Of a stretch of 64,000 nt of DNA, positions 21,367-30,040 are shown piece by piece. The notes under the pieces are model-generated. The model worked only from the letters and a program-made list of their open reading frames with translations, was not told the origin of the DNA and made no database searches. Source of the DNA: an uncultured Gammaproteobacteria bacterium (GTDB lineage Bacteria > Patescibacteriota > Microgenomatia > UBA10105 > UBA927); assembly GCA_964356315.1 (NCBI GenBank), contig CAYHHA010000001.1:51299-115298 (forward strand), read 5' to 3'. The number at the start of each line of letters is the position of its first letter. The stretch's first letter is position 1. The translations under genes were made by a program, and so were the position numbers.

Positions 21367-22470
21367 ATGAACATACACATACTTCAAGAAAACTTGCTAA
21401 AAGCCTTGCTTCGAGCAGGGCGCATCGTGCCATCAAAACCCCAACTACCGATTATACAGAACGTTCTCCTGAATACTGAGAGCGGCAGGTTAAAGATCAC
21501 CGCTACAAACCTGGAAACCACAGAAACGGTTTTAGTAGGAGCGAAGATTATAGAAGAGGGCGGGATATGCGTCCCATCAAAGCTACTTAGTGAATACGCA
21601 TCATCTCTTCCACAGGGGACAGTTGAACTGTCTGTTAAGGAGGGATCTCTCCATATACAATGCTCTGGATATAAAGCAACAATTCCCGGAGTTCCCGCAA
21701 GCGAATATCCGCCAATCCCAGAGTCTAGTCAGAAGCAGGCGATCGAACTAGACAAAGAAACACTGGTGAAAAACTTAAACCGCGTGGTCTTTAGTGCAGC
21801 GACCGATGAGGGGCGCCCCGTGCTGACCGGAATACGGATTATAGAGAAGGATTCAGAGATAATATTTGCGGCGACCGATGGATACAGGCTTTCAGTGAAA
21901 AAACAGACCACAGACACATCTCAGGGCCTAGACCTACTTGTTCCCGCGCGAGCGATAACAGAGGTGTTAAAGATAGCGGTGGAAGAGAAAGAAGCAAAAC
22001 AAATACTGGTATCCAAGCAAAAGGATAACCAACTGCTATTTGTTATAGGGGACACAGAGATCCGAACCAGACTAATAGACGGAGACTATCCAAACTATGA
22101 GCGAATTATCCCAACAAAGTACAACACGAGGGTGTATTTTGAGAGGGAAGAGCTCCAGAGAGCAGTAAAATCAGCGAGTATTTTTGCCAGAGACAGCGCG
22201 AACATTATTCGCCTAGACATACAACCACAAGGAATTATGGTGAGTGCAAATACCCCTCAGGTGGGGGAGGACCAAATAGAAGTGGAAGCCAAGGTGGAAG
22301 GAGAGGGTGGGGAGATGGCGTTTAATAGCAGGTTCCTTTCAGATTTCTTGTCGAATGCACAAGAAGAAGAATTGCTTTTTGAGATGACCGGGTCGCTAAA
22401 CCCTGGGGTGTTTAGGTCAGCAAAAGACGAAACCTATCTCCATATAATTATGCCGGTGAGGGTGAGTTAA
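21367..22470 (+). CDS. dnaN: DNA polymerase III beta subunit (sliding clamp)
   Basis: 367 aa, three-domain clamp pattern; canonical position downstream of dnaA. Confidence 0.9.
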   Translation: MNIHILQENLLKALLRAGRIVPSKPQLPIIQNVLLNTESGRLKITATNLETTETVLVGAKIIEEGGICVPSKLLSEYASSLPQGTVELSVKEGSLHIQCSGYKATIPGVPASEYPPIPESSQKQAIELDKETLVKNLNRVVFSAATDEGRPVLTGIRIIEKDSEIIFAATDGYRLSVKKQTTDTSQGLDLLVPARAITEVLKIAVEEKEAKQILVSKQKDNQLLFVIGDTEIRTRLIDGDYPNYERIIPTKYNTRVYFEREELQRAVKSASIFARDSANIIRLDIQPQGIMVSANTPQVGEDQIEVEAKVEGEGGEMAFNSRFLSDFLSNAQEEELLFEMTGSLNPGVFRSAKDETYLHIIMPVRVS

Positions 22471-23510
22471 GGGGAGGCCCAAAGGAAATAAGAGGCTTCT
22501 TGCCTTGCTCCCCTGTTTGTAATTCCTTCCCCAGAGATGAAAAACGCGGGCAAATACAGGCCATTCTTAAGTGTGTAGAAAATTGACACAGACCTTATTG
22601 AAAAAGATTTAAAAGGAGGGTTTGGACCGCTACTCTCTAATCCCCCCGATTTAAGCGCGACAATAGACCCTCTCTGGGATTCTAAATTAAAAAGTAACTG
22701 TTCAGGCGTTAGTATCACCACGGACCCAAGTATAGCTATGGGTATCTTGGGAATAAAGATGGTAGCAGATCGAACGACACCAGAATTATCAGTGACAATA
22801 GAAGCGGAAAAATTATTAATGGAATTTGTGCTAAATGGATAATTGTTATACACAAAAGAAGCAGAGAAACCCGAGAACCTTTTGGGTTTAGGGGAGTCTA
22901 ATACAAGCAGGCCATCAAATTCTCCACCAGTCTCTTCAATATAGATACTGCTGTTCTCAAAAAGAGAAGAAAACAAATCAATAAAGCGCCTAGCTCCTAA
23001 CTCTGGGGACGATATCAACCCACCAGAAGATCGAATCCTCTGATATGTAATAGTTTGACTCTCTTTACTGGATGTTAAAATTAAAGAGAATGTGCTTGGG
23101 GAGCTCCATTTTGTTGTACGAATTGATCCTCTAATTATACTTGAGGGGGTCGCGGAGACACCAAGAGACTGAAGTATTTCTGGAATTGCAGAAACCAGAC
23201 TGTCGCCGTTAACAGATTCCCATGAGTAAGCAGGAAGCGTTTTTGGGAGAGTGGGAGTAGATATAAACGAAAACCTTGTTCCTGGGCTTTGTATAAAATA
23301 ACCAGTTGGAGCAAGAGGGACCAGTGGTTTACTCTCGACAACGGGAATGGCCGGCGTGGCTTCCTTTTTTTGATACGATAAAAAAACCGCAACAGAGATG
23401 GTGATAAACACAAATAATAGTAAAAAAATATGTCGTGTTTGCATATGTTTAACCACCCGTCGAAATAGGTTTTCCTGGGCAGTCGCCACAGCTGACATTG
23501 CACCCACCAA
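22467..23510 (-). CDS. Hypothetical secreted/membrane-anchored protein, first gene of the T4SS-like gene block
   Basis: N-terminal TM HIFLLLFVFITISVAVFLSY; Ser/Thr-rich extracellular region; no catalytic motifs. Confidence 0.35.
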   Translation of the reverse strand: MVGAMSAVATAQENLFRRVVKHMQTRHIFLLLFVFITISVAVFLSYQKKEATPAIPVVESKPLVPLAPTGYFIQSPGTRFSFISTPTLPKTLPAYSWESVNGDSLVSAIPEILQSLGVSATPSSIIRGSIRTTKWSSPSTFSLILTSSKESQTITYQRIRSSGGLISSPELGARRFIDLFSSLFENSSIYIEETGGEFDGLLVLDSPKPKRFSGFSASFVYNNYPFSTNSINNFSASIVTDNSGVVRSATIFIPKIPIAILGSVVILTPEQLLFNLESQRGSIVALKSGGLESSGPNPPFKSFSIRSVSIFYTLKNGLYLPAFFISGEGITNRGARQEASYFLWASP

Positions 23511-25740
23511 GACCTGGTGTTACGGGTAAAAGATTTAATACATTACCTCCAGATAATACCCCGAAATGTAGATGATCTCCAGAGGATGCTCCTGTTTGAT
23601 CCATGATGCCAACCTGAGAAGTTGGTGTGACTTGTATTCCTGGTTTGGCCGGGTCGACGTCTTGGATGTCTATAGCAGAAGAAAGGTGTCCAAAAATTAC
23701 CGTGTATGGGATTCCATCTTTATCGACCCCCGTTACCACCACGTGGTTTCCATATCCCTCGTAACCACTTTTACCACACAAGTTTTTCGGGTTTCCGGTA
23801 TTATCAACACAATCAGAGTGCACACTTGTTACAGTCCCAGTTAGCATAGCATATACAGGAACGCCCCCGCCCCCGGTTGCGATATCAATAGCGTTCTCGT
23901 CTGTTCCCCCACTATGCGAGCCACACGACGCTCTTGGTCCTTGGGTTATATAGCCAGATGTCGGCCAACGGCAATCACCAACACATGGAGTGTATGTGCA
24001 AACAGGATTCGATAATTTTACCGAAGGATCGTTACAATCAATAACACCTCCGCCTGTTTCAGATGACTCGCTACTCCCGCCTGTGCCCACTGAAAAAAAC
24101 TGTGCGGTTCTGGTCTCGTTCAATCTAAACGTTGAGAAAAATATCCAAATGAAAGTGGTTGATACAACCGCTAAAGCCCATATCCTAGCCTGTTTATCAG
24201 CTGGGCTTTCTGTATACGTGGCCCCGAGCATGTTTTGGACAATGCCTGTCACCGCCCCGCTCGCCGCCCGTATAGACACAATGCCCCCGTTTAAAAAACC
24301 AGAAAACGCAGACGCCCCAAACTTTTTAATTGTTCCAGAAAACGCAGATGCTGCCAGTATTGTCCACCCTACCACTGGCGCAAACCCCATTAGCTTTGAG
24401 CCCGCATTTATACCTAGTTTGAGTAGAGCTTCAGTTCCGACCCTTTTTGCCCCCGCACCCAAAACTCCCCGCTCTACCCCTCCCTTTCCTATGTTAAGCG
24501 CCCACGTGGATATGCCCGGATCAAAAGTAAAGTGGAATTCCTCGGGGCGTCTCCCAAACGCCACAGACTTAAACATTCCCTGTGCGCTTGGGGCTTGATT
24601 ACCTGTGATTGCTCCAATAAGATAATTTTGCCCCTCATGCATGATTCTTTCTCGATAATCTGAGGTTTCATCAATACTACTAGCCCAAGCTTTAACCTTT
24701 CCGCCATCTCTTTTTGTCGCTTCATTTTCTGCTTCTTTAAGAATATGGAGCACTTCGCTTTCTGATGCTACCCCTCCTGATTTTTCAACTATCTTTTGCG
24801 CGAGTTTGTCTTTATCCTTGGTAGCTGCAATGATTCTCGCTGAATATGCGTGGGAAATCACACCTTCTTTATTTGATCCTTGGTTGTATTCTGGATACGC
24901 TTGTTTTGCAGGAATGTTTTTAGTATCAGCAGGGGGTTTTCCTGCTATATATTGAATTCTTGACGCGGTAAGAGGATCACCAAAGTTTGATGGTCCAGAA
25001 AATGAGGCATCGATAAATGTGGTAACAAGCTCTGGGGGAGAGTCTGGATGCTCCAAGTACGCTTTTGTAGCTGCTCGTGTCTTTTGTTCTATGTCCCAAG
25101 CATTTTTCTGGAATTCTTTATCTTCAATAATTTTATACGCAAGCTCTCGAGCTTCTTCATTAAGGGCAGTTGATGCTTCTAGTCGCTGTCTGTATGCGTC
25201 ATAAACACCATCTAAGGTCTTGGATTTGGGTGATTTATTCAGTTCTTCAATAATAATCTCGTCCTGTGAACCTAGGGCTGATTGTCGCTGTTTCTTTATA
25301 AGCTCCTTACGATAGCCTTCCATATAAACGGATATATTATCCGTTTGTTTTTTAACCGCCTCTTGTCGTTTCTTTAAAAGAGATGATCGAAACTCTTCAG
25401 GCTGCATCGAAAACGAATTCGCTTCTGGTTTTCTGTCACTCAAAATCTTTATTGCGCTGGTTTGTTCATCCTCCGTGTGGGGGCTTGTTGGAGATTCTTT
25501 GCTTAAAAATGCGTACGGATTTTCAGCGATTTGAAGGGCAACCTCAATAGCTTTCTCTAAGTTGTCAGGGTCAAGTAGCGTGTCTGCAAGATCTATATTC
25601 TGGATAAAAAAAGCCTTTCCTTCTGTATAATGAAATAGGTTTGTTGCAAACCCAGAGGGGGAAATCTCCCCTTTGTTTAACCCCTCAACTGCGCCTGATA
25701 AGTATTGGCTGAGTGGTAATTCGTTATCAATAGTGCTCAT
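23449..25740 (-). CDS. Multidomain membrane protein with C-terminal M23 (LytM-type) peptidoglycan endopeptidase domain
   Basis: C-terminal GYGNHVVV...HLSS...DHLHFGV (HxH) and upstream H-x-D metal-ligand motif. Central Gly/Ala-rich TM segments; about 450-aa charged N-terminal domain. Confidence 0.7.
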   Translation of the reverse strand: MSTIDNELPLSQYLSGAVEGLNKGEISPSGFATNLFHYTEGKAFFIQNIDLADTLLDPDNLEKAIEVALQIAENPYAFLSKESPTSPHTEDEQTSAIKILSDRKPEANSFSMQPEEFRSSLLKKRQEAVKKQTDNISVYMEGYRKELIKKQRQSALGSQDEIIIEELNKSPKSKTLDGVYDAYRQRLEASTALNEEARELAYKIIEDKEFQKNAWDIEQKTRAATKAYLEHPDSPPELVTTFIDASFSGPSNFGDPLTASRIQYIAGKPPADTKNIPAKQAYPEYNQGSNKEGVISHAYSARIIAATKDKDKLAQKIVEKSGGVASESEVLHILKEAENEATKRDGGKVKAWASSIDETSDYRERIMHEGQNYLIGAITGNQAPSAQGMFKSVAFGRRPEEFHFTFDPGISTWALNIGKGGVERGVLGAGAKRVGTEALLKLGINAGSKLMGFAPVVGWTILAASAFSGTIKKFGASAFSGFLNGGIVSIRAASGAVTGIVQNMLGATYTESPADKQARIWALAVVSTTFIWIFFSTFRLNETRTAQFFSVGTGGSSESSETGGGVIDCNDPSVKLSNPVCTYTPCVGDCRWPTSGYITQGPRASCGSHSGGTDENAIDIATGGGGVPVYAMLTGTVTSVHSDCVDNTGNPKNLCGKSGYEGYGNHVVVTGVDKDGIPYTVIFGHLSSAIDIQDVDPAKPGIQVTPTSQVGIMDQTGASSGDHLHFGVLSGGNVLNLLPVTPGLGGCNVSCGDCPGKPISTGG

Positions 25741-25744
25741 GATG

Positions 25745-27679
25745 TTATGGTGTGGTCTTTGTGTCTACGACAGTTTCTGTTGTAAATATTGGTCTGTTTG
25801 ACGGCTTAGGCTGTTGGGAGGGCGTCCCTGATTGTAGTACGGTCGTGCTGTTTTGAACAGGTTGGGGTTGAATCAGTTGCGAGGAGGCTAATTTTTGCGC
25901 CTCTAACTCTTGAGGTTTTGTGGTGATAAGAGCAGTTTCTTGTGGTGATGCTATTACTCTGATGGCGGCATGAGCGGGTCCCGCAAAAAATAACCCCTCT
26001 CCAACCCCTGCGGTCAAAAGGAAATGCCGCTCTCCTTCAGAGAGGAAAAACACCTCAGCTATCCTATCTATGGCCGCGGTTGACTGTTTTAGCAGTATTT
26101 GAAGCGAACTGTTTTGGATAATAGTTTTTCCAAGATCCACAGACATAAAATCTTCCACATCCTGCGTGATGGTGGTAAGACCAAGGTAGTATTTGCGCGC
26201 CCGCTTGGCTATAGAGTTTAAAAATGCCGCAGAATCAGGATACTTCATCATGTACCACGCTTCGTCAACGATGAGAATTCTCTTTTTTTTGCTTTGTCTC
26301 ACTTTTGTCCAGATAAAATCAAGGATCAAGTACATGGCGATCGGCCGGAGCTCGTCTTCAAGGTCCCGTATCGAAAACACCGTGAGTTGATTTCTGATTT
26401 CGAAATTTGTCTGATGGTCAAAGATGCCCACCAAGCTTCCTTTGACAAACTTCTCTATGCGATCGGAAAGCCCGCGAGCGACCACATCCTCCATGCCCAC
26501 AAGCGTTTTATATAAATCTTCCATAAGCGGAGGTTCTTTTGATTGAGTTTCTGGATCTGGGGTAATCCCCTTCATTTTATAGGTAAGGATAAGCGCTCGG
26601 TCCAGAAGCGCATCTTCCATAGGGGTTAGCTTTCCCATGACAACACGGAAAAACCCATGAAGAGATAATATTTTTTGGTTTAACTCGCTTTCTTCTTGTG
26701 TAGAGCCCTTTTGATGGAGGAGCGCTAGATCAAATGGATTGACCTTGGTGGTTGCGCCAAAGTGAAAGCGGATATATTCACCACCCAGTGCATGAGTAAG
26801 TGTTTCGTATTCATTTTCAGGATCAATGACGATGACTTCGGTGTCAAACATAAGACTCCGGAGGATCTCAAGCTTTACGAGAAACGACTTTCCCGCCCCG
26901 GATTTTCCAAACACCACCGTGTTGGCATTTTCCAGCGTAAACCGGTCAAAAATAACCAAGCTATCATTGTGTTGATTGATGCCATACAGGATTCCCTCAT
27001 TTGCCGTCAGCTCAGATGTGGTAAATGGGAACGTGGTGGCAAGCGATGTCGTGTCCATGTTGCGGGTAATAACCAACCTATCTTGACCCATCGGAAGCGT
27101 GGTCTTAAACCCTTCTTCCATTTGGAGTGTTGCGCGTTTTGTAACGATAAGGAGTGAAGAAAGAGTCGCCTCCACTTGTTTGCTTGCTTTGTTGAGGTCT
27201 TCAATGTCTTTCGCGGGTATGGTGACATAGAGTCCAAATTGGAAAAATCGCTGGGCGCCCTTTGCAAGTTCTTGTTGCAGGGAGAGCGCGTCTTCCAAGG
27301 CAACCTGAATAGACGGCTCTATGACACGACCCCGTTTCATATCTGACTGAATAGTCGCTTCCATCTCTCCAACTTTTCTCTTTAGGCTTTCGAGCACCTC
27401 TTCGCTTCTCGTGGGGTAAATATACATAGAAATATCCAGCGTGTGATTAAAGGAGATCAGTGGCTCTAGCCAGTTCGCACTGACGAAGCGCGGGTATCCA
27501 GAGATAAATAGCGTGCGGTAGTAAAAATTGCCAATTTTTAACAGGTCAAAATCCACCTCTATAGAGGGCGGGGCGATGAGATCATTTATGCTTATGGGAC
27601 CCGTTATTCTTAGAGGCGCTTCTAGCGCTTGTTGTGGCTTGGGGTTGATAAATTGTTGTAAGGACGATGTAAGTGTCAT
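25745..27679 (-). CDS. VirB4/TrbE/TraC-family type IV secretion ATPase
   Basis: Walker A VVFGKSGAGKSFLVK; Walker B ILIVDEAWYMM (the DEAW signature typical of VirB4); Pro/Gln/Thr-rich C-terminal tail. Confidence 0.7.
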   Translation of the reverse strand: MTLTSSLQQFINPKPQQALEAPLRITGPISINDLIAPPSIEVDFDLLKIGNFYYRTLFISGYPRFVSANWLEPLISFNHTLDISMYIYPTRSEEVLESLKRKVGEMEATIQSDMKRGRVIEPSIQVALEDALSLQQELAKGAQRFFQFGLYVTIPAKDIEDLNKASKQVEATLSSLLIVTKRATLQMEEGFKTTLPMGQDRLVITRNMDTTSLATTFPFTTSELTANEGILYGINQHNDSLVIFDRFTLENANTVVFGKSGAGKSFLVKLEILRSLMFDTEVIVIDPENEYETLTHALGGEYIRFHFGATTKVNPFDLALLHQKGSTQEESELNQKILSLHGFFRVVMGKLTPMEDALLDRALILTYKMKGITPDPETQSKEPPLMEDLYKTLVGMEDVVARGLSDRIEKFVKGSLVGIFDHQTNFEIRNQLTVFSIRDLEDELRPIAMYLILDFIWTKVRQSKKKRILIVDEAWYMMKYPDSAAFLNSIAKRARKYYLGLTTITQDVEDFMSVDLGKTIIQNSSLQILLKQSTAAIDRIAEVFFLSEGERHFLLTAGVGEGLFFAGPAHAAIRVIASPQETALITTKPQELEAQKLASSQLIQPQPVQNSTTVLQSGTPSQQPKPSNRPIFTTETVVDTKTTP

Positions 27680-28341
27680 GTTCTCGTATTTGTTAGTGCG
27701 TTTTTTATAGTCTCATCATCTGGCATCGGGACACCCGCGTTATAGGTGATAAATAACAATCTCACAAGCTGTTCATTGGTGAGTTGTCTGGCATTAAGCC
27801 CAAGTCTTATGAGCAGTCGAAGTACGTGGTCCCGTTTTGGATTGAGCGCTGCGAGTGCCTTTTCAAAAATATACTCTTTTTTAAATGGAAGCCCCCGTTT
27901 TTTGCTACCAAAAAACATGCCCATAGATGCGCCAAGTTCTAGGCTGGAAAAGGGGATGATAATATAGAATTTTTTATCGAGCACATCTTTCTCTTTGACC
28001 GTCGCTGCAACAAAAATTCTATAGTCATGTATGCTTTTTGATAATTTTGGATTTGTCTGCTTTCTTTCCTGATCTTCCAGTAGCCGGAGATATGCGGTGA
28101 CGTCTTTGTGTTGTGTTCTGATAAGAAGTTCGATAGGAAACGAAAGAGAATTGAGTAGGCCTGCGTACGCCGTGATGATAGAATCTTGCTCTTTCTCAGA
28201 AAGCAGTCCAAAGTTTACTGCAGAGGCAGTAATAACAAGGGAGCATGACCCATCTGTATAGAGAATGATGTTTTGTTCTATGGTCTCTATTTCTGTAAAT
28301 ATCTGAGTTGTCGATTTAATTGGTATTATTGTTTCCGCCAT
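27676..28341 (-). CDS. Hypothetical cytoplasmic protein, translationally coupled to virB4-like gene (start set at MAETIIPIK)
   Basis: The ORF-track N-terminus (FMVHGSWFMVHGSW) is a translation of the (ATGAACC)7 array, so the start was moved to ATG at 28339-28341. 4-nt overlap with the downstream ATPase gene. Confidence 0.4.
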   Translation of the reverse strand: MAETIIPIKSTTQIFTEIETIEQNIILYTDGSCSLVITASAVNFGLLSEKEQDSIITAYAGLLNSLSFPIELLIRTQHKDVTAYLRLLEDQERKQTNPKLSKSIHDYRIFVAATVKEKDVLDKKFYIIIPFSSLELGASMGMFFGSKKRGLPFKKEYIFEKALAALNPKRDHVLRLLIRLGLNARQLTNEQLVRLLFITYNAGVPMPDDETIKNALTNTRT

Positions 28342-28357
28342 ATTCCCATCCTTTTCT

Positions 28358-28406
28358 ATGAACCATGAACCATGAACCATGAACCATGAACCATGAACCA
28401 TGAACC
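28358..28406. repeat. Perfect (ATGAACC)x7 heptanucleotide tandem array
   Basis: Read directly: atgaacc repeated seven times, 28358-28406, between two minus-strand T4SS-locus genes. Confidence 0.95.
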
Positions 28407-28411
28407 CCGCG

Positions 28412-29872
28412 CTATGTTCTGTTTCCAAACAACTCTTTTGTCAGCTGGTCTCTCGTGATTTGCTTTTGACTTTTTGTGATAATTTCTAGAGCTGGGACAA
28501 TTGATCCGTTTAGGGTCACCTGAACTCTGTCAAATGTGTAGCGTTGCCTCGGGTCTTCTATCTCAACAAAATACACACCGTTTGAAAGTGGGGTGGAAGC
28601 GGCAAATTGTCCAAGCCGATTTGTTTTGAGCGCTCGTACAGGTATACCTTCTTTGTCTTTCACTGTTACGAGAACGCCTGGTAGAAAATTATTATCGCTA
28701 TCTTTGGTGATTCCGGTGACGACGTTTGGAAATGTGGTAAGCCTTGGGAGCCCTGCTGTTACCGCTCCCTCCGGTGTGATAATTTTTACCGTTGGTTGTT
28801 TTTGTGACTGAAGCGGGATGGTTGGTTTTGGGACTTCAGGTTTCGCAATCGGTGGGAGTGGTGGGATTGGCGCCTGTGTGGTTATCTGCTGTATTGGCGC
28901 AGCCGCCTGTCTTGTGGATGTGGCTTGAATCTGCTGTTGTAATTTCGCCATCTCTCGTCCCATTTGGTCTTTTTGCTCTAACACTTCTGTGAGTTGTTTT
29001 TGTAGTTCCAGTATCCGAGATTCGGCAATAGATTTATTTTCTAGTTCGTGGGTGAGAGTAGAGAGTTTTTCTTCGAGTATTTCTTCCCTTTTTACTACCT
29101 CCTGAATCTTTTGTCTTTCTGGGTCGGGAGGTTTGACGACGGGTGGCATAGAGAGATCCAGCCTGGTTCCGACAATCGATGGGGTCTTGACGACCGGCGC
29201 CTGACTGGGTGTTGCGGGAGCAATGCGTGGTGCGATGGTTGGTTGCGGGCCTTTTATCGCAAAGAGCGAAAAAAACCAATCAAATAAACCAAGTTTCTTG
29301 GCCGGTGCGGGCTGCGAGAAACCGCGTTGGATTGGTTGTGTTTGGGGTAGAGTGGTTTGTTGGCGCGGGGCGTACATATTTGTTATGACGCTTGTCGTTG
29401 TTTTTTGCGGGGCGGATTGTGGCGCCACGCTTGTTCTGCTTTGTTGTGTTGGTTGGGCTTGTTGAGTCACCAAAGTTGGTATTTTTTGTGCGACCGGGAT
29501 AGTCTGATGTGTTGGGGCGAGGTATTGGCTTGCTCTCGCCTCGGTGAATACTGGGTTTTGAAGAGGCGGAGCTGCCTTTTTTTCTACTGATTTTTCCCAC
29601 ACATAGAGCGTGGGATTGTAAATGTTTTTTATAAAGGATAATGCCCACACGTCCATTGGTCTGTCCTCTATTGGAACAAAAGCAAATCCGACTCCACCCA
29701 AGGCAAATATGGTGGTAAGTGGCCACGTGAAGAAAAACGGCAACGGAAGCTTATACGATATATATGCGAGGATTAATCCACCCGCGAGGTATCCAAACTG
29801 CTTTATGGTCATGTCGCCTATAAGGCGGAACTGAAATGTTGTAACATTTTGCGGGACAGGATGTTGCTCCAT
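28412..29872 (-). CDS. T4SS-associated membrane protein: VirB3-like two-TM N-terminus, Pro/Gln-rich linker, coiled coil, C-terminal beta domain
   Basis: Two N-terminal TM helices (FGYLAGGLILAYISY, PLTTIFALGGVGFAFV). Long P/Q/T-rich low-complexity region, heptad-like ELQKQLTEVLEQKDQMGREMAKLQQQIQ, and a C-terminal carboxypeptidase-regulatory-like beta sandwich (GVLVTVKDKEGIPV...). Confidence 0.4.
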   Translation of the reverse strand: MEQHPVPQNVTTFQFRLIGDMTIKQFGYLAGGLILAYISYKLPLPFFFTWPLTTIFALGGVGFAFVPIEDRPMDVWALSFIKNIYNPTLYVWEKSVEKKAAPPLQNPVFTEARASQYLAPTHQTIPVAQKIPTLVTQQAQPTQQSRTSVAPQSAPQKTTTSVITNMYAPRQQTTLPQTQPIQRGFSQPAPAKKLGLFDWFFSLFAIKGPQPTIAPRIAPATPSQAPVVKTPSIVGTRLDLSMPPVVKPPDPERQKIQEVVKREEILEEKLSTLTHELENKSIAESRILELQKQLTEVLEQKDQMGREMAKLQQQIQATSTRQAAAPIQQITTQAPIPPLPPIAKPEVPKPTIPLQSQKQPTVKIITPEGAVTAGLPRLTTFPNVVTGITKDSDNNFLPGVLVTVKDKEGIPVRALKTNRLGQFAASTPLSNGVYFVEIEDPRQRYTFDRVQVTLNGSIVPALEIITKSQKQITRDQLTKELFGNRT

Positions 29873-29890
29873 ACTCTGATTATTCTACGG

Positions 29891-29959
29891 GCGAAACAAC
29901 TGTTTCGCAATAGCACAAAGCTCATCAGGACCGTGAAAACCTCCTATTTGAGTTTTCAC
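29891..29959. promoter_or_regulatory. Two palindromes in the divergent promoter region of the T4SS-like locus
   Basis: CGAAACAacTGTTTCG (29891-29906) and CGTGAAAAC-n11-GTTTTCACG (29931-29959), between minus-strand gene 28412..29872 and plus-strand gene 30041. Confidence 0.3.
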
Positions 29960-30040
29960 GAAATATTCATGTGGAAAAAACTATTTCTAATCGTTCGTGG
30001 TGTCCCGTGTTGGTCTTGGATTTTATGATAAGATGAACGC

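Noticed and set aside
28358-28406. Possible CRISPR array (also at 32227, 32634 and 52695)
   Set aside because: Units are 7 nt with no spacers. The 21-nt duplication at 32657-32698 is a single direct duplication, not repeat-spacer architecture.
27676-28428. N-terminal peptide FMVHGSWFMVHGSW (and MVHGSWF... at 32227 and 45895) in the ORF track
   Set aside because: These are translations of the ATGAACC/ATGGTTC heptamer arrays. Starts were moved to the first Met after the array with a plausible N-terminus.
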